Of a stretch of DNA of 64,000 nt, positions 25,169-35,946 are shown piece after piece. The notes beneath the pieces were generated by a model. It did not search any database. It saw only the letters and a program-made list of their open reading frames with translations, and was not told the DNA's origin. The stretch is from positions 12,926 to 76,925 of IMG/VR virus record IMGVR_UViG_3300037502_003155; one strand, 5' to 3'. This DNA is from a virus. The first letter of the stretch is position 1; each line of letters begins with the position of its first letter. The position numbers were made by a program, and so were the translations under genes.

Positions 25169-27462
25169 TAGAAGTTCCTCCGATTAGGCAATGGCTTGAG
25201 AATGCGACCGAGGGCCGTTCCAGTCGTACCCGTTACCCGTCCTGCTACCGTAGGGCTTCCCCCTTGGGCAGAACTAGGGCGGGTGTCGTAGCGTATAGGT
25301 CGAGGACGGTCTAGCCCTAGCGATAGGCTCATGCCCTCGCAGCTTACCGTGGGCGTTCCCAGGTCGGCTATGTTGCCATCAAAGGTCAACTTCCAACTGA
25401 GTTGGGTAATCAGCCATTGCCCCAAGTGTCGGTGCCGATCTCCCTCAATCGCCACGGTATCCCCCGGTTTCATATTTGGGTAAAAGCCATGCACTTTGTA
25501 TTGGGCCTGGGTATTTTGCAGCCCAGACCGACGCAGACGCACCCGCAACCCTGCCTTAGCCTCGCTCAATGTCTTAGCCCCTGGAATATTAATGCTGCCC
25601 TCGCCTTCTGCGTAGCGGTCGGCCACGTCTGGCGTGGTGACGAGGGTAATGGTGGTGGTGTCGGGCTTCTGTTTGGTGTCAAGCTCCTCTGGCTCAAACT
25701 GATTTCGGCGCACCGTGGGCGAGGGCGGCGTACCCTGCATTTCCTTGAAGGTGGTTTGCTCGGCCACGGCAATAAACTGAGGGTCTTGGGAGCTATACTG
25801 CCGGGTTGTTTCGGTGTAGCGTCCCTCCTCTGGCTTGGTAGGGGTGCGTTTGATGCGTGTCTCCGATTCTTCCCCCGTCTGAAAGTGTTCTGGGGGTTTC
25901 GGTGGATCGTCTGGGTCGGGTGCAATGTCTACGTCGGCCTCTGGGTCAGGTGCCCAGCGGTAGCTATTCGCTTGCCGCCCCTCTTCCGCGATCCATAATG
26001 GTTCAACAAAATTGGGGTCAGGATACAGAATAGCGACCTGTCCGGTGCTGGTGGTCACGGACTCTTCTACTAATTCCTGGATGCGTGGCTCTAGGCTATC
26101 GTAGGCCGCAAATTCTACCCTGAAGGGCAGTTGCTCATCCTCTGGGGTAAAGGTACCTCGTGAGGGCTTCAATAGGTAGGCCGTGCGGTCTTCGTAGGGC
26201 GTCCAGGTGGGTTCAAATAATTCAGCCTCAACCCATGGATCGGTGGGGTCGAGGGTGTTCCTTGCGTCGGATTCTTGCACCAATCGGGTTAGCTTGCGCC
26301 CTTTGGTGACAGATCCTAAAAGATACTGTGTTTCAGATTTGATGCTAGTACTTGAAACAATGGGGCCGCCCGACACAAACCGCTGAAAATCGGGATGAAC
26401 AAGGGCTTTTAGCCGCCGTTCACGCTTCGGGTCGGACGAGTCAGTGATGGTAATGGCAATCCCGGTGAAGTTGTCGAGGTTAGAGTAGGTGTGTGTCGTC
26501 GTTCGTTCTTCTACCTTGCGCCAGAAATCGGCGGGTTTATATTCTGAAGGTTTGCGGGGGTATCCATCCTCATCAAAGATGTCGATGTATCGGTAAACGT
26601 AGCCCCAGAGTTCATAGGATTCTGACTCCGGTGTCCCGTCTACCGTTGTAACAACTCTCTTAAATTTGGTTGGCCCAGACTGGTCGAAATTGCTGCTCAT
26701 GTCTCTCAGCTTTTTGGCTTCCGCTGACTGGGCCTCATCCGAAAGCCAAAGCTGAGCATCATTATCGGGTGGCTTCTCAGGGTTCGTGTCGCCTTCGGTC
26801 AGCGTCAATCTTTCCGGCTTTTTGGGGGTCAGAGGCGCATTAGGTGAGGGCGTTTTGGCTCCGTCTGTTCCCCAGGTCAGCGGTGCTTTGTTGTAGCCTT
26901 CCGAGGGCAACGCCACAGAACTGCCCCCCACCTCGATCACCTGCTCACGGGTGAATTTCCATGTACTACCAAACCCTAGCGCCTTTACCCGCAATCCATC
27001 GGAGTAGGCTAGGAACCCCTTCAGGTCGGCTTCATTGCCCAGTTCTTCGAGCTTTTCTTGCCACTTGGGTCGGCTACTTTGCCCTGGCGTGACCCGTCCA
27101 GAGGTACCACTGCCATACCGGGCTTTGGCCTGCAAAACAATGCTCAAAAACTGTAGGGATATGGTGACGGTGTAGCTGTCGAGCCACCCCACCCGATCCA
27201 CCTTCACCGAATCTTGGCTGTAGCTGCGATTATTGACCTCCATGGGCACACCGTAAAGGAAGATGCGCTGACCCATGGGGTAGGCCCGTTCAATCTCAGC
27301 AATAGTCCCGCTGGATACCCCCGTATAGACCAACGTTGCCGTGGGTTCGCTGGTCATGCTGTCGCTGTAGCTAATCTCCCCCGCCATCATCGGGTAGGGG
27401 AGCCTGGGTGCATCGAAGACCAGAGGGCTATGGGTAAAGCTGGTGCGGGTGAGGATGGGCAT
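25168..27462 (-). CDS. putative baseplate hub/tail tip protein
   Basis: 764 aa; C-terminal PNMKPGDTVAI...WLITQLSWKL resembles hub proteins. Confidence 0.55.
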   Translation of the reverse strand: MPILTRTSFTHSPLVFDAPRLPYPMMAGEISYSDSMTSEPTATLVYTGVSSGTIAEIERAYPMGQRIFLYGVPMEVNNRSYSQDSVKVDRVGWLDSYTVTISLQFLSIVLQAKARYGSGTSGRVTPGQSSRPKWQEKLEELGNEADLKGFLAYSDGLRVKALGFGSTWKFTREQVIEVGGSSVALPSEGYNKAPLTWGTDGAKTPSPNAPLTPKKPERLTLTEGDTNPEKPPDNDAQLWLSDEAQSAEAKKLRDMSSNFDQSGPTKFKRVVTTVDGTPESESYELWGYVYRYIDIFDEDGYPRKPSEYKPADFWRKVEERTTTHTYSNLDNFTGIAITITDSSDPKRERRLKALVHPDFQRFVSGGPIVSSTSIKSETQYLLGSVTKGRKLTRLVQESDARNTLDPTDPWVEAELFEPTWTPYEDRTAYLLKPSRGTFTPEDEQLPFRVEFAAYDSLEPRIQELVEESVTTSTGQVAILYPDPNFVEPLWIAEEGRQANSYRWAPDPEADVDIAPDPDDPPKPPEHFQTGEESETRIKRTPTKPEEGRYTETTRQYSSQDPQFIAVAEQTTFKEMQGTPPSPTVRRNQFEPEELDTKQKPDTTTITLVTTPDVADRYAEGEGSINIPGAKTLSEAKAGLRVRLRRSGLQNTQAQYKVHGFYPNMKPGDTVAIEGDRHRHLGQWLITQLSWKLTFDGNIADLGTPTVSCEGMSLSLGLDRPRPIRYDTRPSSAQGGSPTVAGRVTGTTGTALGRILKPLPNRRNF

Positions 27463-27466
27463 GGGG

Positions 27467-28555
27467 TTATGAACGAGTCCTTCTCATTTTTTCAGTCACC
27501 TCTCGCCCGAAGTAGGCTGATGTCACCGTTACATCGGGGATTCTCTCTAATCCGCCATGTTGGGCGAGGGCATCGGGGTTGATGTATTCCATCATGTCTC
27601 TGGTGTAAAACGCCCCATTGTTGGCGGCTACCTGTTCAGCCACCATGCCCAGATCGGTACGACTAGGCTTACCTGTTGCCGCGTTTTGCCGAGCAATGCC
27701 AATATCTTTAGGGGACTCAAAGGAACCGTCATCAAACCCGACCATCATTCGATGGAACTCCGCCTTGCCATCGGGGGCATAGACGGCATTCGTGACGGAT
27801 ACGGGTTGTCTCTCTCCCATCGACAGGGATTTCTTGAAGGTTTCTAGGCTATCTTCACTATTGGCGATAGCCTTGCGCTCTTCTTCCCCCGCATTCTCCC
27901 AGAATTGCCTAGCGGCCCCCTGGATATCCCCACGGGCAAGCGACTTCTTGAGCCGATTATAGCTTTCCGGCTGAGACAACAAAAAAGCAGAATCAAGCCC
28001 CTGTGTTGTACCGTCCGACATCACGGCATAGTATCGGGCCAGTTGGCCGCTATTTTGGCTGCGAATCATGTAGTTATCGCTATAGGCATCTTCCGCGTAA
28101 ACCTTGCGGTCTCCAAATGGCCCTTCTTCAATGAGGTATGGCGCGTCATTTTCTTTAAATGAGTCAGCGATGCGAGTGATCTTGGGTCGCTTTTCTGGAG
28201 GGGTTTCTAGCGATTCTTTTAGGGTTATGCGCTTTGTCTTAGCTGGTCTTTTAGGCTTTGTTTCAACGGGCTTAGGCTTCACATAAGGTTTCTGTCCCTT
28301 CGCAGCCTTAACCTCACTCTTTAACTTCGCCCGTTCTTTCGCTTTCTCTACTGTCTTCGCCTTGGCCTCTTTACTGGTCTGCGAAGCCTTATCCCGGCTG
28401 CATTTCTTCGTCCTGGGAATCCAACCCCGACCACAAGCAACGCCTTGGCCTCGTTGGTCTAGACGCATCCCGTCAGCATACCCTTGGATGAACTCCGGGG
28501 AAGCGTCCAACCTAAGGTCATACTGAAGCGCTAGAAGGTGATGGGATAAGGCCAT
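27467..28555 (-). CDS. RxD/FIQGY-leader protein (putative capsid cargo)
   Basis: N-terminal ~90 aa nearly identical to that of 29564..30931; unrelated C-terminus. Confidence 0.7.
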   Translation of the reverse strand: MALSHHLLALQYDLRLDASPEFIQGYADGMRLDQRGQGVACGRGWIPRTKKCSRDKASQTSKEAKAKTVEKAKERAKLKSEVKAAKGQKPYVKPKPVETKPKRPAKTKRITLKESLETPPEKRPKITRIADSFKENDAPYLIEEGPFGDRKVYAEDAYSDNYMIRSQNSGQLARYYAVMSDGTTQGLDSAFLLSQPESYNRLKKSLARGDIQGAARQFWENAGEEERKAIANSEDSLETFKKSLSMGERQPVSVTNAVYAPDGKAEFHRMMVGFDDGSFESPKDIGIARQNAATGKPSRTDLGMVAEQVAANNGAFYTRDMMEYINPDALAQHGGLERIPDVTVTSAYFGREVTEKMRRTRS

Positions 28556-28628
28556 GCTGCCAAGTTGAACTCATTAATTCCAATCCTGTCACCCTACCTC
28601 ACCTATACCCTCTATTTTGCGAAATCCG

Positions 28629-29561
28629 CTAACCTAGCCCCGACAGATACGACAATTCACCCAATGCACTAACCCCGGTGCCACCATCAGCCCCCGTCCC
28701 TCGTACCCATAGCGCACGGGCATAGGGCACACACACGGTCGCAATGTTTCGGGTCGCTAGCAGATCCCCGACCTGCACGGCAAAAACATCCCTCGCAGGC
28801 CGACACACAATGCCGAGATAGGTCAGTTCATCCACCACTTCGCCGCTGATGGCCGACAGGTCGAACGACACCAGCACCCCGGTCATCTCTGGTAATGACC
28901 CTTGCCAAACGCCCTCGATCTGCACCGATTGGAACGACCGGGGGCGGTAGGTTGTGCTGCCGTACAGCGTCACAATGTCGCCAACTTGCACCAATTCCCC
29001 GACCTGGGGACTGGCAGGGTTAGCGGCGGCGGTAAAGCTCAGTCCTTCACTCACTGCCCTCGCCACGGTGAAGGTATTGGCCCCAATAAAGTCGGCTAGA
29101 TCAATGGCATAGTTCAGGTTGTTATCGGGGGCCGGGGCTTGGGCCTCTACCGTTAGCTGCACCGTCACCTCATCGCCCGCCACGGTGCCCACGGGGGCAT
29201 AGAGGCTTAGCCCTTGGGTATCCGCCCATCCCATCAATGGCACGACACCAGGAATAGCGTTAGGGTCTGCCTTGAGGGTATAGAGTTGGCCCCCTAGCGC
29301 TACCCTTGCCACCGCTGACACCGTGTAGTTCTCGGCTTCGCTGAATGGCACCGTGAACAATCGGCCCGCATAGGTTGGGGCTGGCAGTGGCACCGATACC
29401 GCATCAAACCCAGGGCGCAACCCAAAGCCCCCGTAGGCACTCACCAGGGCGAACGGGGGCCGTACCTGGGGCGTGGTGATAGTTTGTACCCTGAGTAAAG
29501 GTGCCTTCGCCAATGGTGGCTCTGGGGTGGTGGGTAGGCTAGCGTTGGTGAGTAGGAGCAT
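28629..29561 (-). CDS. putative structural protein
   Basis: 310 aa, beta-rich; in the structural operon. Confidence 0.6.
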   Translation of the reverse strand: MLLLTNASLPTTPEPPLAKAPLLRVQTITTPQVRPPFALVSAYGGFGLRPGFDAVSVPLPAPTYAGRLFTVPFSEAENYTVSAVARVALGGQLYTLKADPNAIPGVVPLMGWADTQGLSLYAPVGTVAGDEVTVQLTVEAQAPAPDNNLNYAIDLADFIGANTFTVARAVSEGLSFTAAANPASPQVGELVQVGDIVTLYGSTTYRPRSFQSVQIEGVWQGSLPEMTGVLVSFDLSAISGEVVDELTYLGIVCRPARDVFAVQVGDLLATRNIATVCVPYARALWVRGTGADGGTGVSALGELSYLSGLG

Positions 29562-29563
29562 GG

Positions 29564-30931
29564 TTAGCCGTAAAGAGCTTCTGCTAGGGAGATGTCACTA
29601 GAGTCAAGCTTTACGCCATTTTTTGTCCAAGTCAGGAAATCGGCCAATGATTCACGTTCTTGACGAGCTAGCTTTTGTGGATTCCCACTCCAGTCAATCC
29701 CAGACTCAAGCAAAGCGGATGCGATGGCCCTAGCCTCTTTGCCGTTACTTGATGCCGTAATTTGCATTCCCGATGGAATATGGGTGATGCTATAACCCGT
29801 TCTCTTCCCAGCAGCATTCGGGTTTAAGTTGATATCTTTTAGCGGAACAATCGCCAAATCTCCCTCAACCTTGGCGTTAACTTTTTGACTGCCATTAAGG
29901 CCAACAATCTCAATTTCTTGGGATTTGAATTTCTTTCCTTCCATGGCGTCTTGAAAAAATTGCCTGCGTTCTTCCATTCCTGCCTTGGAACTAAGAGTCA
30001 TTGCCGTCATCCTTTTTGGCAGGAAGGCGTCAGAAAACTTTTCCATTTTTTCAGGATCGGCTGGCTTTGGATTTGAAAGCCCTGATGTTGCTTTCTTGGT
30101 GGCTGTCCTCCGTTGTTTCCGTTCTTCTTTGTATTTCTTATCAAATTCCTCTTGTGACGTTGTTTTTGATCGGGTTTTTCCTGGTTGTTGTTTTGATTGC
30201 CGTTTAGCCCGATTTTCCATGCCGACACGCTCAGACCCCTGAATATCAGACGGCATCGAAAAAGCTTTGCCAGATTTTTGAGATTCACGGGCCAGTCTTG
30301 CCGCTTTCTCCACCTGAAATGCAGCAGACCTAGGATTCCCTTTCGGGCCTCCTGATGCGCTCATGGTGCCCTTGACGTTTCGTTGCCAATTCTTAGCCCA
30401 CGAATTAGCCACTTCCATACCCGCAGCTTCCGCCTTGCCAACATCCCCCGTCTCGGCCAATGTACGGGAAAAGGTCAGCAAGGAATCACCCATCGACTCT
30501 AATTCAACATGACGGGCACCTATAGCGATTTCGCCTTGACGGGGCTTAGCGTTATTGGCTTCCTTTAGATATTCCGTGGCAACGTCCGTAACTCGCCTAG
30601 AAAACTCAGTATTGACCTTCTGAAGCTTAGCCGGATCTTGCTTAGGCTCTGGCTTTTCCTTATCCCGTGGCTTCTGCCCTTTCGCCGCCTTAACCTCGCC
30701 CTTGAGCTTCGCCCGTTCTCTAGCCTTCTCAGCCGTCCGTGCCTTAGCTTCTTTGGGTGTAGCCGTCGCCTTATCCCGCGAGCACTTCTTGCTCCTGGGA
30801 ATCCAACCCTTACCACAAGCCACCCCCTGACCACGCTGGTCGAGGCGCATTCCATCCACATACCCTTGGATAAAGGCTTCAGAAGCATCTAGCCGTAGCC
30901 CATACCGAAGCGCCAAAGAAACCGTAGACAT
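29564..30931 (-). CDS. RxD/FIQGY-leader protein (putative capsid cargo)
   Basis: LRLDASEAFIQGYVDGMRLDQRGQGVACGKGWIPRSKKC leader; basic body. Confidence 0.7.
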   Translation of the reverse strand: MSTVSLALRYGLRLDASEAFIQGYVDGMRLDQRGQGVACGKGWIPRSKKCSRDKATATPKEAKARTAEKARERAKLKGEVKAAKGQKPRDKEKPEPKQDPAKLQKVNTEFSRRVTDVATEYLKEANNAKPRQGEIAIGARHVELESMGDSLLTFSRTLAETGDVGKAEAAGMEVANSWAKNWQRNVKGTMSASGGPKGNPRSAAFQVEKAARLARESQKSGKAFSMPSDIQGSERVGMENRAKRQSKQQPGKTRSKTTSQEEFDKKYKEERKQRRTATKKATSGLSNPKPADPEKMEKFSDAFLPKRMTAMTLSSKAGMEERRQFFQDAMEGKKFKSQEIEIVGLNGSQKVNAKVEGDLAIVPLKDINLNPNAAGKRTGYSITHIPSGMQITASSNGKEARAIASALLESGIDWSGNPQKLARQERESLADFLTWTKNGVKLDSSDISLAEALYG

Positions 30932-30933
30932 CG

Positions 30934-31596
30934 TTAAGCCTCCATATTCAAAACTTCCACCAACACCCGATCCGGGTCACAGGTCAGCGACAGCACCTTA
31001 GCCACCGCTGCACACTCACAGCCCGCCAACCTCACATAGACCACATCATCCCCCCGCCGTGCCAACAAATGGGCGGTGACTGGCCCTAGCGGTTCCTCTG
31101 TGGTCACAATGGCTTGGCCGTACTGCACCCTTACCCTTAGCGCACGGTCGTATAGGTCGGGGCTACACTTTGCGGTGGCCCCCTTGCCCACATCAGGAAA
31201 CACCTGGATCGAGTTGGGGCCAGTGCCCAGCGTGGCCTCGGTCGCCTGAACCTGTTGCCCATCTACGCTCTTAGGCAGGGAGTAGGCCACAATCGTTGCG
31301 CTGGTCAGGTCTGCCGCTTCTAGGGTATAGCCCGTGCCCGATGGCCGTAGGGTGAGCAACCCAGGCCCACCCACGGCTTCAAACATCCCCACAAAGGGCA
31401 TTCCCGATACCTCCCACCGTCGCCCCTTCAGCAGCGCATCCCGTTCAGGGCATGGGTTAAGCTCTACCGTCAGCACATGGCCCGCCAACTTGGTTTTGCT
31501 GGGCTTGGCATAGACGGGCACCGCTAACCCCTGGAGGTCGCCTATGGGGTCAACCTCCAGCCATGTACGGTAGATGTGGGTTAGGGAGGGGAGCAT
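30934..31596 (-). CDS. hypothetical structural-region protein
   Basis: TAATG coupling. Confidence 0.6.
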   Translation of the reverse strand: MLPSLTHIYRTWLEVDPIGDLQGLAVPVYAKPSKTKLAGHVLTVELNPCPERDALLKGRRWEVSGMPFVGMFEAVGGPGLLTLRPSGTGYTLEAADLTSATIVAYSLPKSVDGQQVQATEATLGTGPNSIQVFPDVGKGATAKCSPDLYDRALRVRVQYGQAIVTTEEPLGPVTAHLLARRGDDVVYVRLAGCECAAVAKVLSLTCDPDRVLVEVLNMEA

Positions 31597-32285
31597 TACT
31601 CACCCTGAGCCGTCCGAATCGCATCCATCGTTTGAGGATGGGTAAACGATCCGCTGGTGGTATTGACAGCCGTAGGCGATGCCGCGCCATCAAAGAACGA
31701 AATCCCGGTAGCCTGTACGGTAAACTTCCGGTTGGCATCAATGTCGGGGGCAATGGTCAACTGCGCCAACTTGCGTACCTTGCCACTCCCACTAGCGGCG
31801 GTCGTCGTCGTTCGAGAAATGGCATTCGATACTGCACTGCCATTTGACAAAGACAAGCAGGTAACGGTACAGGTAAACGCGCCCGTCGTGCCAGGGGTAA
31901 CACCCGTCACAACCACGGTATTTTCTACGCCTGTTCCACCCTGTACCGCCATTACGTCAGGGTGTAGGTTAATCAATTCAGCCAGGGCAGCCGCTACATC
32001 ATCTTCGGTCGGGGTCTCGCTGGAATCAAAGAACCAGGAAAAAACCCGCGCCGCCCCCGTGGGGCCATCAATGCTCACCTGGTAATGGGCATCAGCCACG
32101 GGCAGGTTAGCCTGAGAAACGGTGATGGTCTCTACCTGTGGTTCGCTGGTCGCATCCAAATTTACCCAGTGCTCTACCCGTACATTGGCACCCCCGGCAA
32201 TGGGCACCACACGGGCTTCGACCTCCAACGACACCGAGGACGTGGACGTGGTAATAGCGGTATAGGTTAAGTCAGCAATACTCAT
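31596..32285 (-). CDS. putative virion protein
   Basis: T/A/V-rich; preceded by a late box. Confidence 0.6.
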   Translation of the reverse strand: MSIADLTYTAITTSTSSVSLEVEARVVPIAGGANVRVEHWVNLDATSEPQVETITVSQANLPVADAHYQVSIDGPTGAARVFSWFFDSSETPTEDDVAAALAELINLHPDVMAVQGGTGVENTVVVTGVTPGTTGAFTCTVTCLSLSNGSAVSNAISRTTTTAASGSGKVRKLAQLTIAPDIDANRKFTVQATGISFFDGAASPTAVNTTSGSFTHPQTMDAIRTAQGE

Positions 32286-32364
32286 GGGGAACCCCTAAAA
32301 CAAGTGGTGTGATCACGTTGCTACAGTGACAGGGCTAAGGCACGATAGGCGACAGTTTGCGGAA

Positions 32365-32811
32365 TTAGCTAAACAACCCTGCCAATGACCTCAATTCCCT
32401 TTCCAGCACCGGCCCCGTCACCCTACACAGTCGATTGCGGGGGCAACGCCCCAACCCACAGGAAAATGTAGCCCGGTCATTCACCATGGCTTGGTGCTGC
32501 GCCCGTTTCTCGCTAGAAAGCCGTCGGGTAAGCTTCCCAGGGTTAGGCACCGTCAGGCTATGGGCCAACATCGGCTGTACCGCACCGATCTGACGATAGG
32601 ACAAGGTATTCCCTCGCCATTCAAAGCCGTAGACCACCCCATCTAGCCCCTTGAACCAACCCCGAAACCAGCGCTCAGCCCCCAGTTGCTCTGCCTGGAA
32701 TGACACCTGTTGGATGCCATCGGTAAACCCGTGGCGGGCCAGGGCTTGGTATACCTTCAACCGGGCTTGCCCCTGCTGTCGGCGTTGGTAAAGGGTGGGG
32801 AGGATGGCCAC
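32365..32811 (-). CDS. hypothetical protein
   Basis: GTG start overlapping the upstream stop codon. Confidence 0.5.
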   Translation of the reverse strand: MAILPTLYQRRQQGQARLKVYQALARHGFTDGIQQVSFQAEQLGAERWFRGWFKGLDGVVYGFEWRGNTLSYRQIGAVQPMLAHSLTVPNPGKLTRRLSSEKRAQHQAMVNDRATFSCGLGRCPRNRLCRVTGPVLERELRSLAGLFS

Positions 32812-33269
32812 TAAGAACGCCCCCGTCGTCTCAACACCATTGACCAATGCAGTTGACTCTGTTCTTCCACCTCCACTCCCGGCACCAGGTCGCAGAGGAT
32901 GCCTCCAAACGATTCAATCAACCCTTGGTCTAGCCGTTCTGAAACCAAGGCCGATAGTTGGTCTGCCGTTAGCCCCACCACATAGAATTTGCCCCTGCCG
33001 TGGATTTGGTCGAGGGCGTAGGCTTTGCTAATCCCCTGCACTTGGAGATCGTCAAGCTCGACCTCTACCCCCTGAATGCCCTCGTACCGCTGCACCAGTC
33101 GAGGGGAAATCAGATCAATCGCTGGGTTAGGGCAGATGGTCAGCCAGGAAAAGCCCTCGGTGCGGTCGCCAATGGTTAGCACGCGGTTAGTCGGCAAGCC
33201 ATAGCTACTGGCATGGTGGGCAGCGGCGTCCCTGGATGACTGGAATAGGGCGGTGAGGTTGATGGCCAT
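32811..33269 (-). CDS. putative head closure/neck protein
   Basis: Follows the DUF4054-like adaptor; coupled. Confidence 0.5.
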   Translation of the reverse strand: MAINLTALFQSSRDAAAHHASSYGLPTNRVLTIGDRTEGFSWLTICPNPAIDLISPRLVQRYEGIQGVEVELDDLQVQGISKAYALDQIHGRGKFYVVGLTADQLSALVSERLDQGLIESFGGILCDLVPGVEVEEQSQLHWSMVLRRRGRS

Positions 33270-33613
33270 TAGAACGCAAACCCTAAACGTTTAGGCAATG
33301 TCCGGCGCAAGCGCTTAAACTGCTGTCCGTACAAGGTCTGGGAAAGGTCATCCTCTCCACCGGGGGCATTTACACTGGCTTGCCCTTGCGCCACACTCTG
33401 AGCCGTTGCTGCACTCATCGCCTGCTGTAGCCGCTGACACTCAAGGGTATGCGCCGTCAACAACTTTACCCCTCGTTCCCGTATCGTGGCCACATCCCAC
33501 ACCGTTGCAGGGCATTGAAGCTCAGCAATGGCAAGGGCTTCTGAGATTTGGCCCTCAGTGAACCCGTCAAAGTCTGGGTAGGCCGTCTTGAATTGGGCAA
33601 CGGTGATCGCCAT
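33269..33613 (-). CDS. DUF4054-like head-tail adaptor
   Basis: ITVAQFKTAYPDF...LLTAH...LSQTLYGQQF. Confidence 0.8.
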   Translation of the reverse strand: MAITVAQFKTAYPDFDGFTEGQISEALAIAELQCPATVWDVATIRERGVKLLTAHTLECQRLQQAMSAATAQSVAQGQASVNAPGGEDDLSQTLYGQQFKRLRRTLPKRLGFAF

Positions 33614-33680
33614 GGCATCCTCAACGCTCATCCCACGGTGCCACGGGGGAACGACGTTGATTTAGGCTTTGCGAAATGCG

Positions 33681-34004
33681 CTAATTCAGCCAGCCAGGGG
33701 TAAACCGGGTCTGCCCCACCCTAAACTTGCGGCGTCCCGTGGCCCACACCACGCCGCTGCCTACCGCTTGTACCTCGTATTCCCCGGTTGTTTGGGGCAC
33801 GATGGTAAACCGATAGACCCCCGTGGCCGTCTTGGTCACTTCAGCGTTAGTGCCATAGACAAAGTTGCTTTGCTGCCCATTGGGGTTGATCAAGGCAAAC
33901 CCGACCTTCTCTGGGTCGGTAAGAACTTCATCCTCATCGCGGAACTCGCCCGTGTAGATGATGGCCGTCCCTGGTTCAACAAGGGTCGTCGTTTCCTGGT
34001 TCAC
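33681..34004 (-). CDS. small Ig-like virion accessory protein
   Basis: TATGVYRF...GEYEV pattern shared with the 61-62 kb genes. Confidence 0.6.
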   Translation of the reverse strand: MNQETTTLVEPGTAIIYTGEFRDEDEVLTDPEKVGFALINPNGQQSNFVYGTNAEVTKTATGVYRFTIVPQTTGEYEVQAVGSGVVWATGRRKFRVGQTRFTPGWLN

Positions 34005-34251
34005 TTCGGTAAAGCCTCATGGAATGGGTAGCGGTGGTTAGGCCGAGCAAGGGCTCTGAGGGATGCAGAATCACAGCATGGGGCAACACGCTAAGCCCAG
34101 GAGATGGCATCGCTAGCCGCTCCAACGACAGACGATGCGTGGCGGCATTGAGCGTATGCACCCACAGCGGGGGCCGCTCAACACGACGGGAGGAAGGGTT
34201 TAAACCCAGCGGGCTGAGATTTCCTTTTAGGCCAAGCGGGAAGAGGGCCAT
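33976..34251 (-). CDS. hypothetical protein (paralog of 59662..59952)
   Basis: MALFPLGLKGNLSPLGLNP versus MTLYPLGLHTNLSPLGLNP. Confidence 0.55.
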   Translation of the reverse strand: MALFPLGLKGNLSPLGLNPSSRRVERPPLWVHTLNAATHRLSLERLAMPSPGLSVLPHAVILHPSEPLLGLTTATHSMRLYRSEPGNDDPC

Positions 34252-34310
34252 GACTCTACAAAACTCACCCCACCATCTTACCAAGGCCACCCATAGCCTC
34301 CACTGCCAAT

Positions 34311-34872
34311 GAGTCAGTGTTCACTGACTGGCTGACAAAACGCCAGAACCGCCACCGCGCAAGGGTTTTGAGCAACGTCAATAATCCCAGTCAGTGATTT
34401 GTCAGCGCCAGTCAGTACCAGTCAATAGCCTACTGACTGGCCAAAACCATTGATATACAAGGCTTTAGGGTACACCAGTCAGCAAGTCAGTGAAATCCTT
34501 ATATAGATATTTAAAATATTCCTCCCTGAAATGCCCTAAAGGATAAAAATGTACTACCTATAAAAATAATCGCGATACCTCAATTTTCACTGACTTACTG
34601 ACTCGTCCTACTCAAACCCTTGATATATAAGGTTTTTCACCAGTCAGAGCCTTACTGACTGACACTGACTGACACTGACTGGTCTGCTGACAATTCTCCT
34701 AGAACCCTTGATATATAAGGCTTTCCATTAGTCAGTAGTTACTGACTGGTTTTACTGACTTGGATTATTGACTGAGATAGCTTCCCTCTAATCCAAAGAT
34801 GGAAGTAAATATATCTACTAAGAGTTATTTATCTATATCTATAAAGAGCGCATTGTATACAGTACACAGTCA
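34311..34872. repeat. iteron-rich non-coding element, copy 2
   Basis: Same architecture and orientation as copy 1; ends ttgtatacagtacaca. Confidence 0.8.
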
Positions 34873-34984
34873 GTTTTCCGCAGATCGGCCAGTGGTGTTG
34901 GCGCTGACTGACTGGGCAGCAAAAAGCCCCACCGTGGGGCGGGGCTGGTCAGCGGGCTTTTGAGGGGCAGTGGTGCGGGCTGGG

Positions 34985-35221
34985 CTACAGAACCGGGCGA
35001 GTACCCTTGCCAGCGGCCCGCCACCCGCTGACAAACGCCTTGGCCCATTCGTGCGAGGAGCGCACGATCTGAATGTCGCGCCCTGCGATGGGGGCATGGA
35101 CGGGGAGCTTGGTGTGGCCCTGTTGTGCCCAGCGACGGCCTGCCTCGTAGCAAGCCTCCTCGGTAGCGTTGAAATCGGGGCTAGGGGTAAAGGTTCCCCC
35201 GAATGATGCGTATGCGGTCAT
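34985..35221 (-). CDS. small early protein
   Basis: AAGGA RBS; upstream TTGACA-N18-CATATT (35271-35300); terminator at about 34921-34946. Confidence 0.6.
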   Translation of the reverse strand: MTAYASFGGTFTPSPDFNATEEACYEAGRRWAQQGHTKLPVHAPIAGRDIQIVRSSHEWAKAFVSGWRAAGKGTRPVL

Positions 35222-35296
35222 GGTGTTTCCTTGTTGATTGGGTGGTGAGGTTGGTTGCCTCATGTAAATCAATATGCCACACTTGACCGTGACGTG

Positions 35297-35542
35297 TCAA
35301 GCGTTTTCTGAATTATCTTTTTGCTGTTGGCGTTTAATGTTACGCAGGATTCTGTTGACTGCTCGGCTGCGTCGTTGGCGTTCAGCGTCGGGGGTGCCAC
35401 CTGGTGCGCCGTGGCGGTGCCCGCCGTGGGAAGACTGAGAGTCGGTCACGGTTTTTCCGCAGGGCTTGCATCGCCAGCGCTGGGCATAGCTTGACGTTCT
35501 TCCGTTGCGAACCATGGGTCTATTGCAGTGGGGGCAGTTCAT
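35297..35542 (-). CDS. InsA-like zinc-ribbon protein
   Basis: CPHC...VRNG...QRWRCKPCG. Confidence 0.65.
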   Translation of the reverse strand: MNCPHCNRPMVRNGRTSSYAQRWRCKPCGKTVTDSQSSHGGHRHGAPGGTPDAERQRRSRAVNRILRNIKRQQQKDNSENA

Positions 35543-35676
35543 GTCGTTGTCATCGTTGCCTACCTCCTTAATATACGCGCTTGAGTGTGACGGGCTAATC
35601 AAGGTTGCAGCACGTTTTAATGACCCAACAAAAAAGCCCCTCGGGCGGAGGGGCTATCACACACTCAATCACGCAT

Positions 35677-35946
35677 CTATCGCACAGCCACGCCCGCCGC
35701 CTGATAGACCTGCTGGGCATCCACCGCATCCTCGAGGCGCGTCCCCACGGGGGCGCCGGGCAACGTCTCCACCGTGGGCACCGAGGACACCCGCAGCCCT
35801 ACCGAGTCAGGATGGGCCAATGCGGCCTCTTCACTGCGGAAATACCAGGGCTTACCATCGTGGGCTGATTGGATCGTGCCATCGGCCATCAGCCGGAAAC
35901 GGTCGTGGCGGTCGGCTAGGTAGTAAAGGGTCTTGGGTAGGGTCAT
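35677..35946 (-). CDS. hypothetical protein
   Basis: ATGA coupling; terminator downstream. Confidence 0.55.
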   Translation of the reverse strand: MTLPKTLYYLADRHDRFRLMADGTIQSAHDGKPWYFRSEEAALAHPDSVGLRVSSVPTVETLPGAPVGTRLEDAVDAQQVYQAAGVAVR